From Clostridia bacterium (GTDB lineage: Bacteria > Bacillota > Clostridia > Oscillospirales > CAG-272): a stretch of 47,145 nucleotides of DNA. This document shows positions 1-9,407 of the stretch, piece after piece; position 1 is the first letter of the stretch, and every line of letters starts with the position of its first letter. The notes below the pieces were generated by a model, which did no database searches, had not been told where the DNA came from, and saw only the letters and a list, made by a program, of their open reading frames with translations. The DNA is taken from positions 1 to 47,145 of the forward strand of contig JAFTXK010000001.1 of the NCBI GenBank assembly GCA_017461635.1, read 5' to 3'. The position numbers and the translations under genes were made by a program.

Positions 1-561
1 ATATTTTCCGTCTATACCCAGCTTTTTTCTTGCCGCCTCGCGTCCTATACTGCCAAAGGAAGTGCGCAGAGGATTTCCCACATGCTTTATCTTATCCGAT
101 GCCGTAAGATGCTTTGCGCTTTCCTCGAAATTGAGCCATATCCTATCCACATAGGGCTGGAGCTTTCGAACCGCAACTCCGGGATAGGCATTGGACTCAT
201 GGACCGCCGTCGGTATTCCCATTTTCGATGCCGCCACCAGCACAGGCCAGCAAACATAACCGCCCGTACCGATAACGATATCGGGTTTGAATTCCTTTAC
301 TATCTTTTTAGCCCTCATCGGTGAAACAAATGCGAGATATGCCGCTTTGATATTGCTGAGCGAGAGGGATCTTTTAAAGCCCTTTATCTCAACGTGCCTT
401 ATGGGATATCCCTCAGCGGCTGTCAGTTTGTTTTCTATCCCGCGCGCAGTACCGACAAACAGTATTTCTGAATCGGGATCGTTTCTTTTTATCGTATTGG
501 CAATGGCAATTGCGGGATTTACATGTCCGCCCGTACCGCCGCCTGTCATTATTACTCTCAT
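1..561 (-). CDS. murG: MurG (undecaprenyl-PP-MurNAc-pentapeptide GlcNAc transferase), N-terminal 187 codons; 3' end lies outside the window
   Basis: Own translation of minus strand from ATG at 561-559: MRVIMTGGGTGGHVNPAIAIANTIK...IVIGTGGYVCWPVLVAASKMGIP. Glycine-rich GGTGGH motif; follows ftsW in the dcw cluster. Absent from ORF track because no stop in window. Confidence 0.85.
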   Translation of the reverse strand, partial: MRVIMTGGGTGGHVNPAIAIANTIKRNDPDSEILFVGTARGIENKLTAAEGYPIRHVEIKGFKRSLSLSNIKAAYLAFVSPMRAKKIVKEFKPDIVIGTGGYVCWPVLVAASKMGIPTAVHESNAYPGVAVRKLQPYVDRIWLNFEESAKHLTASDKIKHVGNPLRTSFGSIGREAARKKLGIDGKY

Positions 562-586
562 TTACAAATTTCCTTTCGCCATGGCT

Positions 587-1933
587 TTATTTCTTCAAAT
601 GGCAATAGCGCGATACCGAAAGCACAAGTCCCATCTCTATCATCTGCAATACCAGCTGAGTTCCTCCCGAGGAGAAAAAGGGCAGAGAGATTCCGGTATT
701 TGGGAAGGTGTTGGTAACAACGGCAATATTGAAGCCAACCTGAAGTGCCAGCTTTATCATAAGACCCATCACAAGATAATACGTAAATCTGTTAGGCGAT
801 TTTCTTGCGATATAGAAGCCGCGCAGGATAAGCGCCGCAAAAAGCACTATCACCGCAAGTGCGCCCACAAAGCCAAGCTCCTCGCAAACTATGGTAAAAA
901 TAAAGTCATTCTGCGGCTCGGATACATAACCGTATTTCTGACGGCTGTTTCCAAGTCCTACGCCGAATATACCGCCCGAGGCAATGGCATAAAGCCCTTG
1001 AATGGTCTGCCATCCGTCACCCGAAGGATCAGCCCACGGATCCTGCCAGATCTTGATTCGCTCAACGGCATAATCACTGAAGCTGATAAGCAATCCTATA
1101 CCCACAAAGGCTACCAGAACTATCAGAAGTATCCATCCCGGCTTCGTCTTTCCGATTATCAGCATAAAGAATGTGATACAGAAGAAGATTATGATAGCGG
1201 AAAAATGATTTTCAAAATACAGAAGAACAAGGAAAACTCCAAACATCATCATAGGAAATACAATTCCGTAGAGGAAGGAGGTTCCGAGCTTTTTGCTCTC
1301 CACCTTTTCGCTGTAACGGTTAAGATAAAGCGAAAGGATCATTACCAGAGCCAATTTTGCCAGCTCCGAGGGCTGGAACATCGGAAATAAAGGCGGATCT
1401 ATCCAACGCTTTGCGCCGTTACGTACCACACCGACAAAAAGCACCAAAATAAGCAATATTACCGATATGACGGTGATGATATATGTAAAAGCCTTATATA
1501 TCTCCGGCGGTGAAAACATCGCGCCGATAAAGAACAACGCCGCAAATAGCAGATTCTTCAGATGCTCGATAAGAAGATAATAGCTGTCATCATATTTTTT
1601 CTCGGCATAAGCATAGCTGGCACTGAAGCTCATAACGGTTCCCACCGTAATGACCATCAGAAGGAGCAGAAGAAACACCGTATCTATACTGCCGGGCTTT
1701 TCGAGCTTTTCAAAGGTCAGAGCATTGACCGTCTTTTTTGTCAAATCATTTTCCTTGGTCGGTACTGTTACAGCTCTCTCCGATCCCCTTCTCCGAGGAT
1801 CATCGCCCGAGGGTCTTATTCTCTCATCGGCATAAGGACGCTTTACCTGTCCGTGTACGGAAGTATCCTTTTTTGCTGTCTCCTCACGAGTGACGGAGCG
1901 CTTTACGAAATAATCATCATCTCTGTTATTCAA
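587..1933 (-). CDS. ftsW: SEDS-family cell division/sporulation glycosyltransferase (FtsW/SpoVE/RodA family) with about 90 aa charged N-terminal extension
   Basis: 448 aa ORF, multi-TM, C-terminal ...LPNTGISLPFFSSGGTQL motif typical of SEDS proteins. TTG start at 1933-1931 preceded by GGAGGTGA. Sits between mraY and murG. Confidence 0.85.
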   Translation of the reverse strand: MNNRDDDYFVKRSVTREETAKKDTSVHGQVKRPYADERIRPSGDDPRRRGSERAVTVPTKENDLTKKTVNALTFEKLEKPGSIDTVFLLLLLMVITVGTVMSFSASYAYAEKKYDDSYYLLIEHLKNLLFAALFFIGAMFSPPEIYKAFTYIITVISVILLILVLFVGVVRNGAKRWIDPPLFPMFQPSELAKLALVMILSLYLNRYSEKVESKKLGTSFLYGIVFPMMMFGVFLVLLYFENHFSAIIIFFCITFFMLIIGKTKPGWILLIVLVAFVGIGLLISFSDYAVERIKIWQDPWADPSGDGWQTIQGLYAIASGGIFGVGLGNSRQKYGYVSEPQNDFIFTIVCEELGFVGALAVIVLFAALILRGFYIARKSPNRFTYYLVMGLMIKLALQVGFNIAVVTNTFPNTGISLPFFSSGGTQLVLQMIEMGLVLSVSRYCHLKK

Positions 1934-1963
1934 GATCCGTCACCTCCGAAAAAAATCAAATAT

Positions 1964-2974
1964 TCAGATCCTAACTCCGAACCATGCAAGCAGGCAGAAA
2001 AGGACAGTTAAAACAGAAAAAATACAAACTATCTTGATCTCACTCCATCCGCATTTTTCAAAATGGTGATGTATAGGAGCCATTTTGAAAACACGCTTAT
2101 GTGTAAGCTTGAAAACAGTAACCTGGAGCATTACCGAGAAGGTCTCGATAACGAACATAAGTCCGAAGATCAGCACCAGCAGAGGATTATTCATCACGAA
2201 TGCCGAGCCCACTATCATTCCTCCGAGGAATAGAGAGCCCGTATCGCCCATGAACACCCTTGCGGGATAGAAATTGAAGACTAAGAATCCGAGCGTTCCG
2301 CCGATAAGGCAGGAGGAGACCAGTCCAAGCGAGAGATTTTCAATAAAGAGCGAAACGATACAGAGGAAGATACCGACCACAAGAGAAACAGAGCTTGCCA
2401 GACCGTCGATACCGTCGGTGAGATTGACGCTGTTAACAATACCCGTGATAAGAATAAGTGCAAAAACATAATAGAGAAGCCCCATATCCCATTCGATACC
2501 GAAATAGGGTATATAAAGAACAGTATCGAGATGTCCTGTTCTGTTAAGAACGAAAATATAGACAACGGCAACTATCACCTGAAGCAGAAACTTCTGATAA
2601 GCGAGCAGACCTTCATTCTGCTTCTTCACCAGCTTTGTATAGTCATCGATGAAGCCCACCATTCCGTTGACAGTGGCGAGTCCCAATGTCAGCGCAAGAG
2701 GGATCAGCCTGCCTGCCTCGCCCTTTATTCCGTAATAAACGAAAACGGCGGTCATCACCAGAAGTATCGAAAGAATGAAGCAGATACCGCCCATCGTCGG
2801 CGTGCCTTCCTTGGATTTATGCCATCTGGGTCCGATATCAAGTATCTTCTGACCGACCTTGTGGCTCTTAAGGATTGGAATGACCTTTCTTGAAACGAGG
2901 ACCGTAACAAGGAAGATAAGCAGGGCTGATATTAACATCGCTATAATTTCAGTTTTCATAAAGTCGCCTTTCAC
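1964..2974 (-). CDS. mraY: phospho-N-acetylmuramoyl-pentapeptide transferase MraY
   Basis: 336 aa polytopic ORF with GTPTMGG, NLTDGIDGLA and HHHFE motifs. GTG start overlaps murF stop by 4 nt. Confidence 0.93.
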   Translation of the reverse strand: MKGDFMKTEIIAMLISALLIFLVTVLVSRKVIPILKSHKVGQKILDIGPRWHKSKEGTPTMGGICFILSILLVMTAVFVYYGIKGEAGRLIPLALTLGLATVNGMVGFIDDYTKLVKKQNEGLLAYQKFLLQVIVAVVYIFVLNRTGHLDTVLYIPYFGIEWDMGLLYYVFALILITGIVNSVNLTDGIDGLASSVSLVVGIFLCIVSLFIENLSLGLVSSCLIGGTLGFLVFNFYPARVFMGDTGSLFLGGMIVGSAFVMNNPLLVLIFGLMFVIETFSVMLQVTVFKLTHKRVFKMAPIHHHFEKCGWSEIKIVCIFSVLTVLFCLLAWFGVRI

Positions 2975-4413
2975 TTTAATAATTTGTCAATATTCTCTCT
3001 CAGATATTCGATGACCTTTTCCGCCGCCACTGAACGGCTTGCCTTGACCAGCAGAATATCATCCTTTTTCAATGCATGAATCATCATATCTCCCGTGATC
3101 TCAGGAGTTCCTGCCTTAAGATTGACATAGACGTTTTCGGGCTTCATACCGTTTTCGATAGCGGCAAGAGCTATATTCTCAGCTCTCGGGCCATAGGCAA
3201 AAAGCAGATCCGCGCCGCTCCTTGCAAGATATCTGCCCACCTCGCGGTGAAGCATGGGGGAATTCTCCCCAAGCTCAAGCATATCGCCAAGCAATGCGGC
3301 AGTTCTTGCGCCCTTCTTCTGCTCGGAAAGCTCATGCATAACGTCTATCGCCGAGCGCATCGATTCAGGGCTGGCATTATAGCAGTCCTCAATAAGAGTT
3401 ATTCCCCCAAGCCCATATATATTCTGGCGCATGCCGATATTTCTGTAGTTCATAAGCCCTCGGCGTATAGCTTCGATATCCATGCCGAAAAGCTTTCCCA
3501 CAGAGAATGCGAACAGAGCCGCATAAACATTATGCTGACCCATAACGGGGATCTCGATATCCGAATATATCCTTCCGCCCGAAAGCAGATCGAATACCGT
3601 TTTTCCGATGCTCATTCTGATATTCAGAGCTCTGCAGTCGGCATCTCTGTTTTCAATGGCGATATAGAAGACCTTTTTTCCTCCCTTATCCGCGGAGACG
3701 AGCAGGGGCTCATCGCCGTTGAGAATAAGAACACCATCCTCCGAAAGTCCCTCGGTTATCTCCATTTTAGCGCGACAAATGTTTTCTCTTGAGCCAAGCT
3801 GCTCCATATGAGATGTTCCGATGGTGGTTATTACCGCAACATCGGGTCTTGCCGCTCTTGCCATGGAGGATATCTCACCGAAGCCGCTCATTCCCATTTC
3901 GAGTACTGCCGCGCCCATTTTTTCGGGCATTTCGAGCATCGAAAGAGGCATGCCGATAACGCTGTTATGATTGCCTTCTGTTTTAAAGGTTCTTGTCTTC
4001 TCCGAAAGCACCGCGGCGATAAATTCCTTGGTTGTGGTCTTTCCAACGCTTCCCGTAACACCTACGGTGAAGCAATCATAGTTCGCTTTATAAGCCTTTG
4101 CTATCTTACCGAGAGCTGCCACGGTATCCTCCACAAGAATGATTCCGTAAGGCTTTTCGGTATTCATCTCGGTCATTTTGCTCGCAAGTGAGAAGGGACA
4201 TCCGCGCCCTACCGCAGACAAAATATAATCATGTCCGTCAACATGCTCGCCCTCAATGGCAACAAAAAGCGTTTTTTCATCCGCCTCTCTTGAATCGGTG
4301 CAAATGCCGTCAATGACTGCATCGCCTTCAATTCCCGAGCAGATAAGTCTGCCGCCGCATATTTCGTTTATTTCATTCAAAGTCAGTTTTTTGGTTGCAA
4401 ATACTGATTTCAT
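2971..4413 (-). CDS. murF: UDP-MurNAc-tripeptide--D-alanyl-D-alanine ligase MurF
   Basis: Mur ligase P-loop GVTGSVGKTTTKEF. ORF track extends to 4557, but ATG at 4413-4411 (MKSVFATKKLTLNEI) is preceded by GGAAGGAA and lies 1 nt after the murE stop. The upstream 48 codons overlap murE. Confidence 0.9.
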   Translation of the reverse strand: MKSVFATKKLTLNEINEICGGRLICSGIEGDAVIDGICTDSREADEKTLFVAIEGEHVDGHDYILSAVGRGCPFSLASKMTEMNTEKPYGIILVEDTVAALGKIAKAYKANYDCFTVGVTGSVGKTTTKEFIAAVLSEKTRTFKTEGNHNSVIGMPLSMLEMPEKMGAAVLEMGMSGFGEISSMARAARPDVAVITTIGTSHMEQLGSRENICRAKMEITEGLSEDGVLILNGDEPLLVSADKGGKKVFYIAIENRDADCRALNIRMSIGKTVFDLLSGGRIYSDIEIPVMGQHNVYAALFAFSVGKLFGMDIEAIRRGLMNYRNIGMRQNIYGLGGITLIEDCYNASPESMRSAIDVMHELSEQKKGARTAALLGDMLELGENSPMLHREVGRYLARSGADLLFAYGPRAENIALAAIENGMKPENVYVNLKAGTPEITGDMMIHALKKDDILLVKASRSVAAEKVIEYLRENIDKLLK

Positions 4414-4414
4414 A

Positions 4415-6001
4415 TCAAATTCCTTCCGAAGCTCTGCGGCTATAGCTGTTACCGATGCCGTAATATCTTTCCGCCGCCTCCCTTGCGATCTTCTTTTCGC
4501 TGAAGGGATGCTTTCCGCTTCTGTCGATTTCGTATTCTTCGTGCCCCTTGCCCGCAAAGAGTATTATGTCTCCTTTAAGGGCATTTTTGATTGCATAATA
4601 TATTGCTTCTTCCCGATTTTCGATTATTACCGCGTGCGCGCGCGTAAAATCAAAACCGACCGTGATGTCGGAAATTATGTCTGAGGGATCCTCACTGCGG
4701 CTGTTATCCGAGGTTATGATAACGAAATCCGCAAGTACCGAGGCTATCCTACCCATGGTGCTTCTCTTACTTTTGTCTCTGTCGCCGCCGCATCCGAAGA
4801 GCAGAACTATTCTCTGACCTTCCCTTCTGAAGCCTCTTGCTGTTTTCAGCAGATTTTCAAGCGCATCGGGTGTATGGGCATAATCGATAAAAACCGAAAA
4901 TTCCGCGCCCGCGCAAAGTCTGACGCGCTCAAAACGTCCGTCAATACCGCCCATATGTCTCAGAGCATCCTGAATATTTCGGCAATCGATACCAAGTAAA
5001 AGTGCCGTTGCCGCCGCTTCAAGAGTATTCATAACGGTAAATCGACCCGGGATCGGGCTTCTGATCTTAAAAACAGAGCATACAGAGCTCAGAATATATT
5101 CAACACCGTCTGTGCCGAGGCTCGTTACATTCATTGCGGAATAGTCTCCGCGAAAATTTTCATCCGCAGAGCATATCCTGATGTTTCTACAGCCGCCCTT
5201 CTCCGCCGCTTCGGCTATTCGAGCGCCATATGCGTCATCGCCGTTAATAATGGCAATATCGGTCATTGAAAAAAGCTTTTTCTTTGATTCAAGGTAATTC
5301 TCCATCGAGCCGTGAAAATCAAGATGATCTGGCGTAAGATTGGTAAATACAGCCGCGGCAAAATGCAAGGGTGCCAGCTTATCAAGTGCCAGCGCATGCG
5401 ACGTGGCTTCGATAAAGACAACAGAAGCACCGTCTCGCTTCATCACCGAAAGCATTTCAAAAAGCTCTTTCGGATCGGGAGTTGTCATATTGGCGTTTTC
5501 ATCCTCCGATCGGATCGAAAGGCGGTTCTCGCCGGAATAGCATACAACCGTTCCGATAAGTCCGGTTATATAAAGCGATGCGCTGAATATCGCACGGAGC
5601 ATGTGAGTGACGCTGGTCTTTCCGTTCGTTCCCGTAACGGCAACGAGCTTCATTCCGTCACCCGGATGACCGAACCAGGTATTCCAAAGGAAAGCCAAAG
5701 CCCGTCTGGTGTTCTCTGCTTTAAGAAGCAGAGGTGCACCTTCTTCATCAAAAACAGATCTGTCAAAATCACCGTCACCTTCGATGATAACAGCAACAGC
5801 ACCTTTTTCTATAGCATCTCCTATATAGCGATGCCCATCCGATTTTGTTCCTTTAAGACAGACAAAGAGCGAACCATTCTTTACCCGCCTTGAGTCTGAG
5901 GAAATATCGAATATTTCAAGCTCGTCTAACAAATCATTAGATTCGGCTTCCTTCTTAACAAGTTCGATGTCTGCACCCGATATCAGTTCGATAAGTTTCA
6001 A
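4415..6001 (-). CDS. murE: UDP-MurNAc-L-Ala-D-Glu--2,6-diaminopimelate ligase MurE
   Basis: 528 aa; Mur ligase P-loop VTGTNGKTSVTHM, and DNSRSEDP near the C-terminus. TTG start at 6001 with GAGGTG upstream. Confidence 0.9.
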   Translation of the reverse strand: MKLIELISGADIELVKKEAESNDLLDELEIFDISSDSRRVKNGSLFVCLKGTKSDGHRYIGDAIEKGAVAVIIEGDGDFDRSVFDEEGAPLLLKAENTRRALAFLWNTWFGHPGDGMKLVAVTGTNGKTSVTHMLRAIFSASLYITGLIGTVVCYSGENRLSIRSEDENANMTTPDPKELFEMLSVMKRDGASVVFIEATSHALALDKLAPLHFAAAVFTNLTPDHLDFHGSMENYLESKKKLFSMTDIAIINGDDAYGARIAEAAEKGGCRNIRICSADENFRGDYSAMNVTSLGTDGVEYILSSVCSVFKIRSPIPGRFTVMNTLEAAATALLLGIDCRNIQDALRHMGGIDGRFERVRLCAGAEFSVFIDYAHTPDALENLLKTARGFRREGQRIVLLFGCGGDRDKSKRSTMGRIASVLADFVIITSDNSRSEDPSDIISDITVGFDFTRAHAVIIENREEAIYYAIKNALKGDIILFAGKGHEEYEIDRSGKHPFSEKKIAREAAERYYGIGNSYSRRASEGI

Positions 6002-6159
6002 ACATTTTCACCTCTCATTTAGATAGTTTTTGAATATTTCGTTCAACGTCCATCTAATTTGAGGCTTTTTCCGCTCATTTTGCTATTAAATAAGCCTTTT
6101 TTCGGTCTGACTGCCGCCGATAAAACGGCAGTCACCGAATCCTTCATTATAATATATGA

Positions 6160-8412
6160 TCAGTCTGTTCCGTCGAGATATCTGAATTCAACTGTGACCA
6201 GAGTGCCCTTAGGCACTACTGCGCCCGCTTCGGGCGACTGAGAAACGACCACGGCACCTGCGCCTGTTTCATAATTCGTCGTTCCCGTGATATTAATATT
6301 GAGCTTATTATTGACGATCATCATATTTGCGAGAGTAGCAGACTGTCCCATTACATCGGGAACCGTTACATTATCATTTTTTTCAAGCTCTCCCGTGTAA
6401 AGATAGATCTTACCGTCCTTGCGAACGCCGCTTCCGCCCTCGGGAGCCATTTTCACTATTTTTTCGCCGTCGCCGACGATCTCACAGTCAAGTCCGAGGT
6501 ATCCAACACTTGTTCTTGCATCCTCTGTGCTCCATCCTACATAATTAGGAAGAGTTTTCGTCAGATTTTCAAGCTCTTTATCGGTATAAACCGCCTCTAT
6601 TCCGAGATATGGCAATATAGAAGCCATAACATTTGCAACATAAGGCGCCGCAACGATACTTCCGTAAACAGAGCCCTTATTCGGCTCATCCACCATGATA
6701 AGCACTGCAACCTGAGGATCGTCCGCAGGAGCATATGCAACGCAGGAGCCTACTCGGAATGGTGTACTTCCGTCGGGAAGCTTCTTATCCTTTTTCTCGG
6801 TAGTACCTGTCTTTGCCGCGATCCTGTATCCGGCAACATAAGCGTTTTTAGCACCGCCGTCACCCGAAACACCCTCTTCGAGTATCTGAGTGATGGTATC
6901 GCAGACCTCTGTGCTTACCACCTGTCTGCTGCTTCCGCTGTCATCATAGGAATAAACAACATTTCCATCCGAATCGGTCATTTCACGCACAACATGAGGC
7001 GTTACCAGATAACCGCCGTTTGCAACAGATGCAATAGCGCGGATCTGCTGAATAGGTGTTACGGTAAAGTTCTGACCGAATGCCGCCGTTGCCAGCTCGA
7101 CCTGATTGAAGTTTTCTACCTTATGGAAGATAGAGTTTCCTTCTCCGGGCAGATCTATACCCGTTTTCTCCATAAGCCCGAAGGCAGTGAAATAATCATA
7201 AAACTTAGCAGATCCGAGACGGAGAGCGATAGTCATAAGCACTGGATTGCAGGACTGCTGAAGCGCCTGTGCAAAATTCTGAGCACCGTGCCCCGTTCTC
7301 TTATGACAGTGGATAGGCTTGCTGTATCCGGGAACGAAATATGCTCCCGTGCAAACGAACCTTTCTCCAACCTGAACTACTTTTTCTTCAAGACACATCG
7401 CCGTTGTTATGACCTTAAAGGTTGAACCCGGCATATATGTACTGGTGATCGCTTTATTCGACCATGAAAGATTGCGAAGCTCACGAACCTCGGCATTATA
7501 TTCATCGCTCCCCTCGGAGAGGCCAAGCTCGGCCAGCTCTGCGAGAAAATATTCATCAAGAGTCCAAGGATCGTTGCAATTAAAATCGGGGATCGTGGAC
7601 ATAGCGAGGATTCCGCCTGTTTTAACATCCAATACTATTCCGCAAACTCTTTCGTCCGCGCCATTATCGGCAAGGGTCGCTCTGAGCTGGTTTTCGAGCT
7701 CATATTGAATGAACATATCTATTGTAGTGGTTATATCATAACCGTCGATGGCTTCAACATAATTTTCATATTCGGTGGGCATTTCACCGCCTTTGGAATC
7801 GCGGGCAGTAATATAAATACCGTTCGTTCCCGAAAGCTCATCGTCATACATATATTCTATGCCGTAAAGACCTGTATGATCCGAGCCCGTAAAGCCGAGA
7901 ACTGTAGAGGCAAGACTATCATAGCAATAATAACGCTTTGGATTTGCCTCCAGATGTATCTGATTTTCCAGTTCATTTATATTTATAAATTTGCGGATCT
8001 CCTCCGCAACATCATTTTCAACATTTCTTGCAATAGTTTCATCAAGTCTGCCGATCTTCGATGCTTTTTCCAGAACGGATGCATGATCGACATCAAGAGT
8101 TTCCGAAAGAAAATCCGCTATTAGGACATCAAGCCCGGGTCTCGGATCATCGTTTGTTTTCTTTCCATCCTTGTCAACGCCCTTTATGGCATTCTGAATA
8201 TCCGTCGGAGATATGAAAACTCGGTAAACCGTTATATCCGTGGCAAGAAGAACACCGTTTGTATCATAAATATCGCCGCGCTCTGCGGGAATTACCGATT
8301 CGGTAGTCATCTGAGAAATTACCGACTTCTGATATTTCTCATAATCTCTGGTCTGAAGCAAAAATATCCGAACAGCAAGGACGGCAAAGGCTATAAGGAT
8401 TCCGAATGTCAC
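6160..8412 (-). CDS. class B penicillin-binding protein (PBP2B/SpoVD type) with two C-terminal PASTA domains; true start probably upstream of 8412 (see finding)
   Basis: 750 aa; transpeptidase motifs STFK (PGSTFKVIT), SCN (QQSCNP) and KTGT (AAKTGTTEK). Two PASTA-like repeats at the C-terminus. Position in dcw cluster. Confidence 0.88.
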   Translation of the reverse strand: MTFGILIAFAVLAVRIFLLQTRDYEKYQKSVISQMTTESVIPAERGDIYDTNGVLLATDITVYRVFISPTDIQNAIKGVDKDGKKTNDDPRPGLDVLIADFLSETLDVDHASVLEKASKIGRLDETIARNVENDVAEEIRKFININELENQIHLEANPKRYYCYDSLASTVLGFTGSDHTGLYGIEYMYDDELSGTNGIYITARDSKGGEMPTEYENYVEAIDGYDITTTIDMFIQYELENQLRATLADNGADERVCGIVLDVKTGGILAMSTIPDFNCNDPWTLDEYFLAELAELGLSEGSDEYNAEVRELRNLSWSNKAITSTYMPGSTFKVITTAMCLEEKVVQVGERFVCTGAYFVPGYSKPIHCHKRTGHGAQNFAQALQQSCNPVLMTIALRLGSAKFYDYFTAFGLMEKTGIDLPGEGNSIFHKVENFNQVELATAAFGQNFTVTPIQQIRAIASVANGGYLVTPHVVREMTDSDGNVVYSYDDSGSSRQVVSTEVCDTITQILEEGVSGDGGAKNAYVAGYRIAAKTGTTEKKDKKLPDGSTPFRVGSCVAYAPADDPQVAVLIMVDEPNKGSVYGSIVAAPYVANVMASILPYLGIEAVYTDKELENLTKTLPNYVGWSTEDARTSVGYLGLDCEIVGDGEKIVKMAPEGGSGVRKDGKIYLYTGELEKNDNVTVPDVMGQSATLANMMIVNNKLNINITGTTNYETGAGAVVVSQSPEAGAVVPKGTLVTVEFRYLDGTD

Positions 8413-8501
8413 AAACCAAAAAGCAGCTTGACTGTTTTTCTTAGGTGCTTTTAGAAGTTTCAGCTTTATGACCCTTCCCTCCTTTCGATATTCCGATCAT
8501 C

Positions 8502-9341
8502 TTATTTGCTATTTAAGACTGCCGCGAAACGGCATGCACGGGCATATGCCTCGGCAATATATTCCTCCGTTGTCATTCTCATATATTTATCGTTATCATG
8601 TCGGCCCGGCTTGCTCTGCCTTTTGAGCTCAAATGTCAGCGCACCGTTATAATTATATTTTTTCAGCCTTTCGGCTATGCCATTCCAGTCGGCAATGCCG
8701 TCAAAGGGAAGCAGATGAAGATCATCTGTCCACTTTATTTGTCCGTCTCTTCCGCTTATGCCGAGATTATCATTAAGATGTGTGGAAAGAAGACGCGCTC
8801 CGTAAAGCTCAAGCATATCCTTGCCCTTATTATAACAGAGCTCGTGACCGCTGTCAAAGCAAAATCCAAGAGCACTACTGCCGCTGAAAACCTCCATAAG
8901 CGCACGGAGATATTCTTCCCCCTCGGTATTTTCGAGAGCTATCTTAACTCCAAGCTTTTCCGCTTCGATCACAACCTGTGAAAAATTTTCAACACCCTCG
9001 GGTGTAGGCATATGATCCTCAAAGCCGATATAAGCATGAGCAACCATAATTCCTATATCATTCTCTGCGCAGTCTCTGACGCAATCAATAAGCTCAGAAA
9101 TCGCCGCCTGTGCCTTCTCGCCCTCCTGCCAGATATCCGCCATTTTCTCAAAAGGCGCATGAACAGACTGATAGATCATGCCTATCTCATTGGCAAAGGT
9201 CTTTATTTTCTTAATATCGGTCTCGGGCGTCCGACCTGTGAAAAAGCCGCCGAAGCCCGCATCCGAAAATTTTCCTATCTGATCAATAATGCCACATCCA
9301 AAGGAGTCGCTCGTTCCGAGACAAAGTGTATAAGGGTACAT
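8502..9341 (-). CDS. sugar phosphate isomerase/epimerase, xylose isomerase-like TIM-barrel family protein
   Basis: 279 aa; pattern ...HAPF..., IALENTEGEE, FCFDSGHE, LHLLPFDG resembles AP endonuclease 2 / xylose-isomerase-like TIM barrels. ATG 9341 with GAAAGG RBS. Confidence 0.65.
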   Translation of the reverse strand: MYPYTLCLGTSDSFGCGIIDQIGKFSDAGFGGFFTGRTPETDIKKIKTFANEIGMIYQSVHAPFEKMADIWQEGEKAQAAISELIDCVRDCAENDIGIMVAHAYIGFEDHMPTPEGVENFSQVVIEAEKLGVKIALENTEGEEYLRALMEVFSGSSALGFCFDSGHELCYNKGKDMLELYGARLLSTHLNDNLGISGRDGQIKWTDDLHLLPFDGIADWNGIAERLKKYNYNGALTFELKRQSKPGRHDNDKYMRMTTEEYIAEAYARACRFAAVLNSK

Positions 9342-9407
9342 CCAAAAACCTTTCTTTATATCCTATTGCAAGTCCGCCCGAAATATGCGGGCGGACTTCT
9401 CAAAATA

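Noticed and set aside
287-1390. Long plus-strand ORF (367 aa) across the murG/ftsW region. Similar long antisense ORFs occur at 39974-41116 (opposite dnaK), 45254-46015, 25020-25757, 26854-27444 and 33798-34439.
   Set aside because: Each lies antisense to a gene with clear conserved motifs. Their translations are low-complexity or Cys/Arg-rich with no recognisable domains and no RBS. They are shadow ORFs.
4414-4557. 48-codon N-terminal extension of murF in the ORF track, overlapping the murE 3' end.
   Set aside because: The extension is basic and low-complexity and overlaps murE coding sequence. ATG 4413 has an RBS and gives a normal MurF N-terminus.
6109-6133. Hairpin GACTGCCG-(9 nt)-CGGCAGTC between the PBP gene and murE, considered as a terminator.
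   Set aside because: No U tract follows it on the minus (transcribed) strand, or on the plus strand. It is at most an intra-operon stabilising structure and is not supportable as a terminator.
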